Assembly: GCA_038153405.1 (NCBI GenBank)
Contig: JAYOYH010000009.1
Coordinates: 59,161 to 123,160 of the forward strand
Length of the DNA stretch: 64,000 nt
DNA from: Gemmatimonadota bacterium
GTDB lineage: Bacteria > Latescibacterota > UBA2968 > UBA8231
Direction of reading: 5' to 3'
Shown here: positions 28,996 to 39,563 of the stretch, in pieces
Numbering within the stretch: the stretch's first letter is position 1
Layout: each line of letters begins with the position of its first letter
Translations under genes and position numbers: made by a program
The notes under the pieces: model-generated
Told to the model about the DNA's origin: nothing
Seen by the model: the letters and a program-made list of their open reading frames with translations, nothing else
Database searches by the model: none

Positions 28996-31900
28996 TGCTG
29001 CGCTCGGCAATCTACATGGCGTGTGCAGCACTCTGGGTAAGCGCGGCGCAGGCTGCCAAACCGGTATTTGAAAACGCCACGCCGGTCGGCTTTTCGCCGC
29101 AGGACAGCACCGTCGTCGAGGACTTTACGGCGGGCTCTACCGTCAGCGTGCGCGTCGATTTGGACCGCGCGGCTACCTACGACTATCCGGTTGTAGGCCA
29201 TTTTCACAATCTGGAAAAGAGCGTGCAGCTGGGATCGGTCGATACCGACGGCATGCAGGTCGATATCGCCATGGTCGACGTCGCGCCGTTTGGCGTGCGC
29301 GCCGAGGGGCCGGCCCTAGGACTTACCAGCACGGCCGTGCATCCGTCAATTCACATGGCGTGGATTGAGCAGACGACGTCTGTGCCGCGCGCGAGCTTTC
29401 CCTATACGGGCGGCAGCACGCCGCTCTACCGCGTCATGTATGCGCGCAGTTCCGACGGCGGTGCGAATTTTTCCTCGCCGGTTGCCGTAAGCGGAAATAT
29501 CACCTACCACCCACTGACGACCAACGGCAGCGGCAACTCGTTCTCGACGCTCGATTTGGAAGTAGACAGTGGCGGTCAACCGCGCGTGGCCTATGCCTTT
29601 GTCTCGACGGCCGATCACGAGCGCAAGAAAAACGTCTACTTCGCCTATTCGCAGGACGGGGGCGGCTCGTGGCAGACCCCCATTGTAGTTAATGACACCA
29701 AGGTAGGTGCGACGGAGAGTCGCAACACGGCCTTTCCGCGCATGATCGTAGACGATCGCGACAACGTGTTTATCAGCTACGTGCGCGGCGCCAGTACGGG
29801 TGCGGGTAGCGACGACATTATGATGGCCAAGGTCAATCGCTTTTCCTCGCCCTTTTCCATTCTACCCATAGGCGAGAGCGGCGGAACGGGCACGGGCGGC
29901 ATTCGCCTGACGCCCAATGGCGATCGCAGCACGGGGCCCGACGTAGCGCTGGGTGACGGCGACGCGCTGCACGTGGTCTACTTCAGCGACACCAACAACC
30001 GCATCGAACACAAGCGCCTCGCCACCGATACGACGTGGGTGGACGTGAGTGCCGCGGGTTGGAATCAGAACGCGGCCGGGGCCGCACTCTCTTCTTTTGT
30101 TGACGAAGCGGCGTCCAATGCGGGCATAGAAACAGATGCGACTTACTATTTTCCCAGCGTCGTCGTCGATCGCAACGCGTTGCCCGATCGGGTATACTCG
30201 CTGTTTAAGTGGGCCGACAATACGCCCGTAGAAGGCATCTACTTTAACGCCTACCGCGACGTAGGTGCGCTCGGAGGGAATGCTGCGTGGGGCACGGCGA
30301 CCTCGCTGTGGAATACGGCGGGGACGGCCCTTTTTAGCGATGGCGCCAATGCCTACAACGTCGAGCTCGACTGGGAAATAACCGAGCGCGTAGCGGCCGT
30401 AGTTGACGATCGTCTAGAAGATAGGGGCGATCTCCACATCGCCTTTAGCGCCGGTTATAGCGGCGGCGGTGAGCATGATATCTACTACGCGCGCTACAAC
30501 GGGACCTCGTGGACGCTGCCGGAAAAGGTCGCCGACGACGATTCGGACAGCGGCACGGAAGACGGCATTGCCGCGGCGGATGTGTTTCAGCTGAGTCCGG
30601 CGCTGGCCATGCATCCCGATTCGCTCAACGTATATATGGCCTTTGCCGGCGGCGCGGGCGAGGGATTTGGTCTCGGACACGTGACCAATGTAAATCACCA
30701 CGCCTATTTCAAGGTGCTAGGGCGCAATGCGACGTGGGAGGACGACTCGGTGCCGGTGGGCGCCTACCAGTACACGCTGTCCTATAAACCGGTTAACGCG
30801 CAGACGGTAGCTTCACAGGTGGACGACAATGTGATCTACGTGCACGTGGCCGATGCTGGGGATGGATCGGGGTTGGGTGCGCGCGCCGATTCGTCGGATG
30901 GGTTTTTGGCCGGCGACTGGGAGTCGGTGGGTCTGAAGCTAGTAGACAACGACAAGTATTATGAGGGAAGAGTAAACGAAGACAGCGCCGGTTCAAACGA
31001 GTGGGGAGACGACGACGACAAGATCGGTCTGCTGGTAAAGCTCAATGTACTAGGCAGCGATTCGTCGACCAATGTGCAGGTCATTACCAATAGTACGGCC
31101 AGCGCCGGAGGCACCGGATTGGCGGCGCGCAGCGTGCGCGTGGGCAGCAATCCATCGGGCGCGTTTGTCGGCGCCGGTTCGTTTTTCATGCTCGGTGCAA
31201 ATATCGATATCGTCGCCAGCAATACGGCCCCGAGCGTTTCTATCGCCCAGCCCGACGGCAGCGGCGATACGGCCAATACGTCCTACGCCATTCAGTATAG
31301 CGCCACCGATGCCGACGACGATCTGGGCGGCAATTTAAAGATAGCCCTCTATGCCTATCCGACGGGCGGCCTGCGCAGCGTGCAGGACATACGCATCTTC
31401 GCGACGTTGATCGCCGACGAGAACGACCACGTGGCCGTCAACGCCAATGGCACGGGTGATCTGGCAGAAGGTTCCAGCGAGACCTATACCTGGGACGATC
31501 CGCCGCAGGCGCTGAAAAACGCGGCGCTCTTCGCCTCGATTCTCCGCGTGCCGAGTGGAAATTACTACATCTACGCCGTGGTTGATGACCAGCGCAACCC
31601 GCCGGTCTATGCCGTCAGTCCCGGCCCCCTTACCGTGCGCCACGGCCCGATCGTCCAGCAGATTGATCCGGTGGTGGCCGATACGGTCGATACCGGCGTG
31701 CGCACCGGCCTGAAGGCCAATCCCTACGACCTCGACCTAAGCGTAGTCGACTACGATAGCGATGCGCGCGTGCAGCTTTTTTACTCGTCTGCCAGTGGTT
31801 TGACGTCGGTCTCAGTGCGGGGTAACTATCCCAACAACGCCTTTGTTCTGGGCAAGAGCATTGCCGGCACGCGCGCTACGGCCATTACAGCTTCGACGAC

Positions 31901-34649
31901 TATGACGGCGCACAAAAGAGAATTTAGCTGGGACGTCACGTCGCCGCTCGTGGCACAGGGGGCCTATTATATCTACGCTGTCGCTACCGATTCGATTACG
32001 ACTACCGTAGGACAGAGTAGCGTTCCGCTGGTGGTGCGCCACTCGCCTTCGTTCGCTTTTTACGAGCCGGCAGTCGATACGCAGCGCCGCATCGACTCGG
32101 GTTCGCAGCCGATCTATACAATTCAATGGCAAAAGGGACCTGGCGATAAGGATTTAGATAGCAACGCCTCGATCGCGCTTTACTTCACGACGGACGACCC
32201 AGCCAGTACCGATCACGCGACGGCCTCCGGTGCTTCGCCGACGTCGCTGACGAGCGACGGCGATACTCGGCTGATTGTCAGCGGACTGACCGAAGACAGC
32301 GACGGTCCGGCCGATATGTATGCGTGGGATCTGCGCAATCCTCCCAATGCGCTGCCCAAGAGCGGACAGCGCGTGTGGATCTATGCGTTGATCAGCGATG
32401 GTACCAACACGACGGTTGCGCGCGGCGGTTCGCTAATTTGGACGCACAACCCCTTTGTCCTGCTCAAGACGCGCCTGCCCGATATAAGTCGCGGCGATAT
32501 CGTACGCCTCGAGTGGGAAGACTATTTGGTCGACGATGGTTCGGGCACAGACGACGCCTACATACGCCTCTACGCTGCTTCCAATGCTACGCACACTACG
32601 CTGCAATCTATTGAGAGCGATCTAATCGACGGAGGCAATGACGTCTTCATTATCAACAGCTCTGACGGAACGGCGGGCGGCGCGATAACCAATCTGCGCG
32701 AAAGCGCGGACGATGCCTTTAACTGGGATACGAATACGGCCAGCTTTTCCATGGCAGAGGGTTCGTTTTCCATCTATGCGGGCATTAGTGCCGATCCGAC
32801 TTTTGCCGACAACTCGACGGGGCGCCTGAGCAAGGCGTCCAATCCGCTGGTCGTTGGCGTCAGTAGCGGCACGACGCCACAGCTGTCGCTCAGCCCCAAC
32901 AAAGTGGTGGCGGCAGCGGGCGATACGCTGACATTTGATGTGGTTGTTCAGTCCAGCGGCGAGTCGATTGAGTCGATTAGCGCCGTGATCGATGTGGACG
33001 CCAGCCTCTACACCGTGCTCAATAGCGGTACGCCCTTTACTGACCGAGGTGCGGTATTTGTAGGCGGTACGATTGCGGAAAACGCGTTTTCGAGCGGCAA
33101 ACTGCGCTTTACCAAAAACAAGGCGGGCGGTGAAATCGTTGGCTCGACGCAAACGCAAAAGCCCCTGGCGCGCTTTCAGGTCGTGCTCAAGAGCGATTTC
33201 AGCAATGCGCATATGCTGCCTTTTGGGGCAGAAGCGGCCCTCAGCGTCAGCGGGGCATCCGCCGCTATCAAGCAGAGCAGCGGTCTGTCGGTGCAGAGCG
33301 CGCAGATCCGCTCCGTGGCGCGTGGTGCGTTGCTGGCTACGGTGATGCTCGAGGGGCGTGCGCTGGGCAACGGCAATCACGCGACGCTGCTCGACGTGCA
33401 TCTGCGCCAACCGGGCAGCACCATCGATATTATAGATGCAACCTTTCGCGCCGCCAACGATGCCGATGCAACGAGTGCCGACACCGTCGAGGTGCAGACC
33501 GCATCGACGGGCGACTTTTCGCTCACCCATATTCCATCTGGGCGCTATGTGCTGACGGTTAAAGACACCAGTCATCTGAGTGGGCGATCGGATACGCTGT
33601 TGATTCGCAGCGGCGAAGTGCTGACAATGGGTTCCAGCCTGGGATTTTACGCATCCGACGTGCGCGGCGATCGCTCGTTTTTGCTCGCGCAAAACGGCCG
33701 CATGCTCAAGGGGGGCGACGTCACCGGAGACAATGAGGTCGACGAAGACGACGTCAATGCCATCGACGCGGCCTGGGGCACCAATAGCGCTGTCGACAAT
33801 TTTAAACAGGCCGATATGAATAACGATAGCCGAGTCGGTGTAGAAGACTTGGCGCTGGCTACGTCGAATATCAGCAACAGCACGGGATTTGGCGCACCCC
33901 CCGTTTTTAAACGGGCGGTCGGATCGCTGGAACAGGCTGGTGTGGAAATACGGGCACCCAACTACGCGGGCCAGTGGCGCTTTGGCGACGAGGTCGAACT
34001 GGTTTTCGTCGCGCGCAATCTAGTCGATTTAAGCGCCTTTGAAATGGAGTGGCACTACGATGCCCGCGATCTGCAACTGGTGGACGAGCCGCGGGTGGGC
34101 AGCGTCTTTCGCGACAACCCGCGCGGTGCCTTTGCCCGCGTCGAAGTGGAAGAGGGCCGCATTGCCGTAGCGCAGTCGCGCTACGGCCAGCGCTGGGCGG
34201 CCAGCGGCGAGGGCGAGTTAATGCGCTTGAACGTGCGCCTGCAGAACGATGGCTTTCCCGAATCACTGCGCTTGCGCACAGGTCGTCTGGTTGGCGCGGC
34301 GTATGAGAGCGTGCATCTAAAACTGCTGGGAGATCCCACTCTCCTGGCTGTTCCGGAGGAATTTAACTTGCAGCAGAACTATCCCAATCCATTTAACCCG
34401 TCGACGACTATTCCCTTTGCCGTGCCCTTTATATCCGGTGGGGGAGCCGTTCCTGCATCTGTCGAGATCTTCAACGCGCTGGGCCAGCGCGTGCGGATGC
34501 TAGTCGATGAACCGATTAAGCCCGGCTATCATCGGGTGAAATGGGACGGTCTCGATGGGCGCGGAAGCGCCGTCGGATCGGGTCTATACTTTTATCGCGT
34601 GCGCGTTGGACAGATGGCACAGGTCGGTAAGATGACGTTGGTCAAATAG
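28995..34649 (+). CDS. Giant secreted multidomain protein B, full-length paralogue of A
   Basis: Colinear similarity to A along its whole length (e.g. EWGDDDDKIGLLVK, GRYVLTVKDTSH); TGATG overlap with A; dockerin-like GDVTGDNEVDEDD...ADMNNDSRVGVEDL. Confidence 0.87.
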   Translation: MLRSAIYMACAALWVSAAQAAKPVFENATPVGFSPQDSTVVEDFTAGSTVSVRVDLDRAATYDYPVVGHFHNLEKSVQLGSVDTDGMQVDIAMVDVAPFGVRAEGPALGLTSTAVHPSIHMAWIEQTTSVPRASFPYTGGSTPLYRVMYARSSDGGANFSSPVAVSGNITYHPLTTNGSGNSFSTLDLEVDSGGQPRVAYAFVSTADHERKKNVYFAYSQDGGGSWQTPIVVNDTKVGATESRNTAFPRMIVDDRDNVFISYVRGASTGAGSDDIMMAKVNRFSSPFSILPIGESGGTGTGGIRLTPNGDRSTGPDVALGDGDALHVVYFSDTNNRIEHKRLATDTTWVDVSAAGWNQNAAGAALSSFVDEAASNAGIETDATYYFPSVVVDRNALPDRVYSLFKWADNTPVEGIYFNAYRDVGALGGNAAWGTATSLWNTAGTALFSDGANAYNVELDWEITERVAAVVDDRLEDRGDLHIAFSAGYSGGGEHDIYYARYNGTSWTLPEKVADDDSDSGTEDGIAAADVFQLSPALAMHPDSLNVYMAFAGGAGEGFGLGHVTNVNHHAYFKVLGRNATWEDDSVPVGAYQYTLSYKPVNAQTVASQVDDNVIYVHVADAGDGSGLGARADSSDGFLAGDWESVGLKLVDNDKYYEGRVNEDSAGSNEWGDDDDKIGLLVKLNVLGSDSSTNVQVITNSTASAGGTGLAARSVRVGSNPSGAFVGAGSFFMLGANIDIVASNTAPSVSIAQPDGSGDTANTSYAIQYSATDADDDLGGNLKIALYAYPTGGLRSVQDIRIFATLIADENDHVAVNANGTGDLAEGSSETYTWDDPPQALKNAALFASILRVPSGNYYIYAVVDDQRNPPVYAVSPGPLTVRHGPIVQQIDPVVADTVDTGVRTGLKANPYDLDLSVVDYDSDARVQLFYSSASGLTSVSVRGNYPNNAFVLGKSIAGTRATAITASTTMTAHKREFSWDVTSPLVAQGAYYIYAVATDSITTTVGQSSVPLVVRHSPSFAFYEPAVDTQRRIDSGSQPIYTIQWQKGPGDKDLDSNASIALYFTTDDPASTDHATASGASPTSLTSDGDTRLIVSGLTEDSDGPADMYAWDLRNPPNALPKSGQRVWIYALISDGTNTTVARGGSLIWTHNPFVLLKTRLPDISRGDIVRLEWEDYLVDDGSGTDDAYIRLYAASNATHTTLQSIESDLIDGGNDVFIINSSDGTAGGAITNLRESADDAFNWDTNTASFSMAEGSFSIYAGISADPTFADNSTGRLSKASNPLVVGVSSGTTPQLSLSPNKVVAAAGDTLTFDVVVQSSGESIESISAVIDVDASLYTVLNSGTPFTDRGAVFVGGTIAENAFSSGKLRFTKNKAGGEIVGSTQTQKPLARFQVVLKSDFSNAHMLPFGAEAALSVSGASAAIKQSSGLSVQSAQIRSVARGALLATVMLEGRALGNGNHATLLDVHLRQPGSTIDIIDATFRAANDADATSADTVEVQTASTGDFSLTHIPSGRYVLTVKDTSHLSGRSDTLLIRSGEVLTMGSSLGFYASDVRGDRSFLLAQNGRMLKGGDVTGDNEVDEDDVNAIDAAWGTNSAVDNFKQADMNNDSRVGVEDLALATSNISNSTGFGAPPVFKRAVGSLEQAGVEIRAPNYAGQWRFGDEVELVFVARNLVDLSAFEMEWHYDARDLQLVDEPRVGSVFRDNPRGAFARVEVEEGRIAVAQSRYGQRWAASGEGELMRLNVRLQNDGFPESLRLRTGRLVGAAYESVHLKLLGDPTLLAVPEEFNLQQNYPNPFNPSTTIPFAVPFISGGGAVPASVEIFNALGQRVRMLVDEPIKPGYHRVKWDGLDGRGSAVGSGLYFYRVRVGQMAQVGKMTLVK

Positions 34650-34685
34650 GCTGAAGGTTAGGTTTTTACTCGACGAGGAGCTTGC

Positions 34686-35279
34686 ATGGCGCCCGCGTAT
34701 CTCGACGAACAGCTCGCATTTATATTAGAGGCCGAAGGGCTAAAACAGATTTTTCGCCAGACCTTGTTGCCGGGCGACTATCGGGCGGAAAACGATGCCG
34801 AGCACTCGTGGCATTTGAGCTTGATGGCCGTGTTGCTCAGCGAGCATGCGTGTGAACCGTCGCTGGACCTGCTGCGCGTGCTGAAAATGCTGCTGATTCA
34901 CGATATCGTCGAGATCGATGCCGGCGATACCTTCGCCTACGACGAAGCGGCTAATGCAGACAAGGAACAACGCGAACAGGCCGCCGCCGACCGGCTATTT
35001 AACCTATTGCCCAGCCCGCAGGATACCGATATGCGCGCGCTGTGGGACGAGTTTGAGGCGCGCCAGACGCCGGAGGCGCGCTATGCTGCAGCGCTCGACC
35101 GCTTTCAGCCCCTGTTGCTCAATTTTCATACGCAGGGCGCGGCCTGGCGCCGGCACGGGGTGAAAAAGGCACAGGTAATCGCGCGCAATGAGCATATCGG
35201 CGAGGGGGCTCCGGCGCTGTGGGAGTATGCGCGGAAGCTAATCGATGAGGCGGTGGCACGCGGTTATCTCGAAGCGTAG
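34686..35279 (+). CDS. HD-domain phosphohydrolase (HD_3 / YfbR-like)
   Basis: ENDAEHSW, LLIHDIVEIDAGD and LDRFQP; RBS GAGGAG. Confidence 0.9.
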   Translation: MAPAYLDEQLAFILEAEGLKQIFRQTLLPGDYRAENDAEHSWHLSLMAVLLSEHACEPSLDLLRVLKMLLIHDIVEIDAGDTFAYDEAANADKEQREQAAADRLFNLLPSPQDTDMRALWDEFEARQTPEARYAAALDRFQPLLLNFHTQGAAWRRHGVKKAQVIARNEHIGEGAPALWEYARKLIDEAVARGYLEA

Positions 35280-35412
35280 GCGCGCCGGCTGGTATTGGCT
35301 GTTGGAGTAGTTCGGTGGTCCGTGCGCTGGCGCCGCAGCGCGCACTGATTCGCACGGGCACGCCTCAAAATGCGAGCGTATTTTGAAACTAATAGCATGG
35401 GTGGTCGTGGAA

Positions 35413-36714
35413 TCAGGTCGCGGCAAAACGCTCCAACTGCCAGCGTTCGGCCTGCGTTTTTTGTAAGCGAATTTTTAGCAAAACGTCGTTGGCTTCGTAG
35501 CGCTCTTCTATAATTTCTCCCTCGCTGTGCAACTGGGCCAACAGGCGACCTTCAGCCTGCGGCACCTGCAGGTCGAGCTCGATGGAGTGGGCTCGTCCGT
35601 AAGATAGAATGCGTTCGCGCAGTGCCTCGAGTCCGATGCCCTGCGCTGCCGATATGGCTATGGCATCTTCGCGTCCGGCATGTGCGCGCAGGATATCCCC
35701 TTCTTCGCCGGGCGCTATCTGATCTATTTTATTGAAGACGTTCAGCGTTGGTCGATCTTCGAGCTTGAGGTCGCGCAGTACGCCGTCGACGGTGTGCATT
35801 TGCGACGCGTAGTGCGGAAAGCTCAGGTCGATTACGTGCAGTAGCAGATCGGCTTCGACGGCTTCTTCGAGCGTGGCGCGGAACGAGGCAAATAAGTGGT
35901 GTGGGAGGCGCTTGATAAAGCCGACGGTATCGGTCAGGAGTATTTTATGGCGCGCGTCAATCTGCACCGCGCGCGTCGTGGAGTCGAGCGTGGCAAAGAG
36001 CTGGTCTTGCACCAGCACGTCCGAACCGGACAGCGCGCGCATCAGTGTCGACTTGCCGGCGTTGGTGTAGCCCACCAGGGCGACTTTGAATATATCCGAG
36101 CGCCCTTTGCGGCTGGTCTCCATCTGCTTGCCAATGCGCTCGAGTTTAGCGTGCAGCGCGTTGATCTGTCGGCGGATCATGCGCCGGTCCGTTTCTAACT
36201 GCGTTTCGCCCGGACCGCGCACGCCGGCCGAACCCATGCCGCGTATGGCGCCGCCGCCGGCTTGGCGCGAAAGGTGAGTCCACATGCGCGTAAGGCGCGG
36301 CAGCAGGTAGTTGAGCTGCGCCAGTTCGACTTGCACCTGCGCCGTGCGCGTGCGCGCGTGCTGGGCAAAGATATCGAGAATGACTGCGCTGCGATCGAGA
36401 ATGCGCATATCGGTGCGCTTCTCTAGGTTGCGCATTTGCGCCGGTGAGAGCTCGTTGTCGAAGACGAGCATATCGGCCTGCAGATCGCGGGCCAGTTCCT
36501 TGACTTCCTCGACCTTGCCCTTCCCTATATAACAGGTCGGATCGATGCGCTCGCGCGACTGCAGCACGCGGCCGGCCTCGACTAGGTGTGCTGTGTCGGT
36601 GAGGCGGCTCAGTTCGTCCAGCGAATCCTCGGCATCCCACAGCGGTATGTCGGGTAAGGCGACGCCTACCAGCAGCGCGCGTTCGCGTTGTTTTTCAGTG
36701 GAAAACGCTCCCAA
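35413..36714 (-). CDS. hflX: GTPase HflX
   Basis: IGKGKVEE, ILDIFAQHA, RGPGETQLETDRR, GYTNAGKSTL, LFATLD, DTVGF and NKID; TTG start at 36714 after AAAGG. Confidence 0.95.
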   Translation of the reverse strand: MGAFSTEKQRERALLVGVALPDIPLWDAEDSLDELSRLTDTAHLVEAGRVLQSRERIDPTCYIGKGKVEEVKELARDLQADMLVFDNELSPAQMRNLEKRTDMRILDRSAVILDIFAQHARTRTAQVQVELAQLNYLLPRLTRMWTHLSRQAGGGAIRGMGSAGVRGPGETQLETDRRMIRRQINALHAKLERIGKQMETSRKGRSDIFKVALVGYTNAGKSTLMRALSGSDVLVQDQLFATLDSTTRAVQIDARHKILLTDTVGFIKRLPHHLFASFRATLEEAVEADLLLHVIDLSFPHYASQMHTVDGVLRDLKLEDRPTLNVFNKIDQIAPGEEGDILRAHAGREDAIAISAAQGIGLEALRERILSYGRAHSIELDLQVPQAEGRLLAQLHSEGEIIEERYEANDVLLKIRLQKTQAERWQLERFAAT

Positions 36715-36974
36715 ATAGTGCCTTTCTACGCTGCGGGCGCAGCGCATCGTAGTCTGTACTAAGATACGAAACACAACGCGTGGACTATTGTCAATTGGCG
36801 CGCAGGTCGGCGGCGTTATACGGGGAGATGGCCGTGCGGTTGGCGCCGATCGCGCGGGCAAATCACTCCGTTGCATCTGGCGCGGCTGCGGCGCTACTGG
36901 CGGCGCCAACCCGCGTGTAAAGCGGCTGTAAAAAGGTGCATAGTCGAGCGCTTAGGCTGTCCTCCTATTCGATC

Positions 36975-37003
36975 TTGACACGTGCAGTGAGAGGGTCTAC
37001 CCT
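36975..37003 (+). promoter_or_regulatory. Sigma70-type promoter of lon
   Basis: TTGACA-17 nt-TACCCT; the -10 lies within a short palindrome AGGGT-ct-ACCCT. Confidence 0.6.
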
Positions 37004-37065
37004 AGTTGAGCGCGTTGTAGTTCGGCAACGCACGCCTTTGCGTTATCGCCTTTAGGAGGGCAAAT

Positions 37066-39558
37066 GTGAGCGAAATTGATGCAGCGGAGCACGGTCAAGT
37101 AGACCCTTATATACCCGAGTCGTTGGCCGTTTTACAGCTGCGCAACAGCGTGGTCTATCCCTATATGCCGCAGCAGTTAACGGCTTCGCGTGCCCATTCG
37201 ATTCAGGCGGTGGAAGCGGCTTCGGGCGACGGTGACTTCATCGCCATATTTGCCCAGCGCGATTCAGATGTGGAGCGCCCTGTCGGCACTGACCTATACG
37301 GCGTTGGCGCCATTGCTAAAATCCACAAAGTGTGGCGGATGCCGGACGGTTCTATGCGGCTGATCGTCCAGGGGGTCGACCGCGCTGCGCTAGGCGATGT
37401 GCTGCACGACGAGCCCTATATGCGCGCCGCGGTGCGCAGCCTGGCAGACGAGAGCGGCGAAGAGTCCATGGCCGTTCAAGCGATGCGTCGCACAATCCTC
37501 CATCAGTTCCAGGCGATCGTCAAGATGATGCCGCACCTGCCGGACGAACTGCAGGTCATGGTCGTCAATATCGACCATCCCGGCCGCCTCTGCGATTTTG
37601 TTGCATCGAATCTGGATTTGCAGCTAGTCGAGCACCAGCATTTGCTGGAGGCCCTCAACATAGAAAAGCGGCTTCATTACCTGACGGAGTTGCTGGCGCG
37701 CGAGGTGGAAATACTGGAAGTTGGCAACCGCATTCAGACGCAGGTGCAGGAAAAACTTGGCAAGTCGCAGCGCGAGTATTTTTTGCGCGAACAGCTGCGC
37801 CAAATTCAGAAAGAGCTCAGCGGATCCGATCCGATGATGGCCGAAGTTGACGAACTGCGCGGCAAAGTCGAGGGCTCAGGGCTATCGCCCGATGCGCTGG
37901 AGGCGGCCAAGCGCGAGCTCGATCGCATGCAGCAAATGCAGCAGAGTTCGCCCGAGTATTCCGTAGTGCGCACCTATCTCGACTGGCTCGTCGAGTTGCC
38001 TTGGTCGACGTCCACCGAAGATCGCCTCGACCTGGCCGTGGCCGAACGCATCCTCGACGAAGACCACTACGGCTTAGATAAGGTAAAAGAGCGCGTTCTC
38101 GAGTATCTGGCCGTGCGCGCCCTGCGCAGCGATATGAAGGGGCCGATCCTCTGTTTCGTCGGTCCTCCAGGCGTGGGCAAGACGTCGTTGGGCCGCTCGA
38201 TTGCGCGCGCACTGGGCCGCCAGTTTGCCCGCATTTCGCTGGGTGGCGTGCGCGACGAATCGGAAATTCGCGGCCATCGCCGCACATACGTAGGCGCGCT
38301 GCCCGGGCGACTAATCCAGGGGCTGCGCAAAGCCGGCAGCAACAATCCGGTCTTTATGCTCGACGAGATCGACAAGCTCGGTCTCGACTTTCGCGGCGAC
38401 CCGGCCGCTGCGCTGTTGGAGGTGCTCGACCCCCAGCAAAACGACACCTTTGCCGATCACTACTTAGACGTGCCGTTTGACCTATCGCAGGTGATGTTTA
38501 TCACGACGGCCAACCTGCTATCGCCCGTGCCGGGTCCGCTGCGCGACCGAATGGAGGAAATTGCCATCCCCGGATACACGCCGGAGGAAAAGGCGGAGAT
38601 TGCCCGTCGGCACCTGCTGCCGCGCCAGCTCGAAGAACACGGTATTGGCGATCGGCAATTGCATCTGCAAGACGAGGCGCTCGACCACTTAATTGCCGAC
38701 TACACGCGCGAGGCCGGTCTGCGCAATCTCGAACGGCAACTGGGGGGGCTCAGTCGCAAGGTAGCGCGCCAATTTGTCGAAGGGCGCAAGCGGCGCGTCA
38801 ACATAGGGCGCAACGACGTGGAAAAGCTGCTCGGTCCGGCGCCCTTTTTTCACGAAATGGCCGGTCGCGAGCCGGCCGTTGGCGTGGTGACGGGCCTAGC
38901 GGCTACGGCCGCCGGCGGCGAGATATTGCTCATCGAAGCCACGCGCATGCCGGGCCGTAAGAACCTGCTGTTGACCGGCCAGTTGGGCGACGTCATGAAG
39001 GAGTCGGCCAGCGCGGCGCTGAGCTATTTGCGCGCCCAGGCCGATGCCTTGAAAATACCGGCCAATCTCATCGACGAATCGGATGTGCACCTGCACGTGC
39101 CGGCTGGCGCTACGCCGAAAGAAGGTCCATCGGCTGGCATTGCGCTGACGGCGGCGCTGGTGTCCCTATTTACGGGCCGCGTCGTCGACGCGCAGGTGGC
39201 CATGACTGGCGAGATCACCCTGCGCGGGCGCGTCTTGCCGGTTGGCGGTATTCGCGACAAAGTGTTGGCGGCGCAGCGAGCGGGCATACGCACGGTCGTG
39301 CTGCCGCGGCAAAATGAGGTCGACTTAGAGGACGTGCCGTCTACGATCCGGCGACGCCTGCGCTTTGTGCTAGTCGACCACATCGACGAAGTGCTGCGCG
39401 CTGTGCTCGGTCCCAAGGCAAAGCGTACGAGTGCCAAAGCAAAGCCCAAGGCCGCGGCAAAAACAGCAGGGGCGCCATCGCGCACTGCTGGCAAGAAGAA
39501 GGGCACCTCCACCAAGAAGCGCGCGGCCGCAAGCGTTCGACGCAGAGGAGCAAAGTAG
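37066..39558 (+). CDS. lon: Lon (La) ATP-dependent protease with a basic Lys/Ala-rich tail
   Basis: LON N-domain, [23 protein letters not shown] (Ser) and GGIRDK (Lys); RBS AGGAGG. Confidence 0.96.
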   Translation: MSEIDAAEHGQVDPYIPESLAVLQLRNSVVYPYMPQQLTASRAHSIQAVEAASGDGDFIAIFAQRDSDVERPVGTDLYGVGAIAKIHKVWRMPDGSMRLIVQGVDRAALGDVLHDEPYMRAAVRSLADESGEESMAVQAMRRTILHQFQAIVKMMPHLPDELQVMVVNIDHPGRLCDFVASNLDLQLVEHQHLLEALNIEKRLHYLTELLAREVEILEVGNRIQTQVQEKLGKSQREYFLREQLRQIQKELSGSDPMMAEVDELRGKVEGSGLSPDALEAAKRELDRMQQMQQSSPEYSVVRTYLDWLVELPWSTSTEDRLDLAVAERILDEDHYGLDKVKERVLEYLAVRALRSDMKGPILCFVGPPGVGKTSLGRSIARALGRQFARISLGGVRDESEIRGHRRTYVGALPGRLIQGLRKAGSNNPVFMLDEIDKLGLDFRGDPAAALLEVLDPQQNDTFADHYLDVPFDLSQVMFITTANLLSPVPGPLRDRMEEIAIPGYTPEEKAEIARRHLLPRQLEEHGIGDRQLHLQDEALDHLIADYTREAGLRNLERQLGGLSRKVARQFVEGRKRRVNIGRNDVEKLLGPAPFFHEMAGREPAVGVVTGLAATAAGGEILLIEATRMPGRKNLLLTGQLGDVMKESASAALSYLRAQADALKIPANLIDESDVHLHVPAGATPKEGPSAGIALTAALVSLFTGRVVDAQVAMTGEITLRGRVLPVGGIRDKVLAAQRAGIRTVVLPRQNEVDLEDVPSTIRRRLRFVLVDHIDEVLRAVLGPKAKRTSAKAKPKAAAKTAGAPSRTAGKKKGTSTKKRAAASVRRRGAK

Positions 39559-39563
39559 CTGGT

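Noticed and set aside
36760..36797. TTGACA upstream of hflX on the minus strand as a sigma70 promoter
   Set aside because: The nearest plausible -10 (TATCTT) is 22 nt away, so the spacing is wrong.
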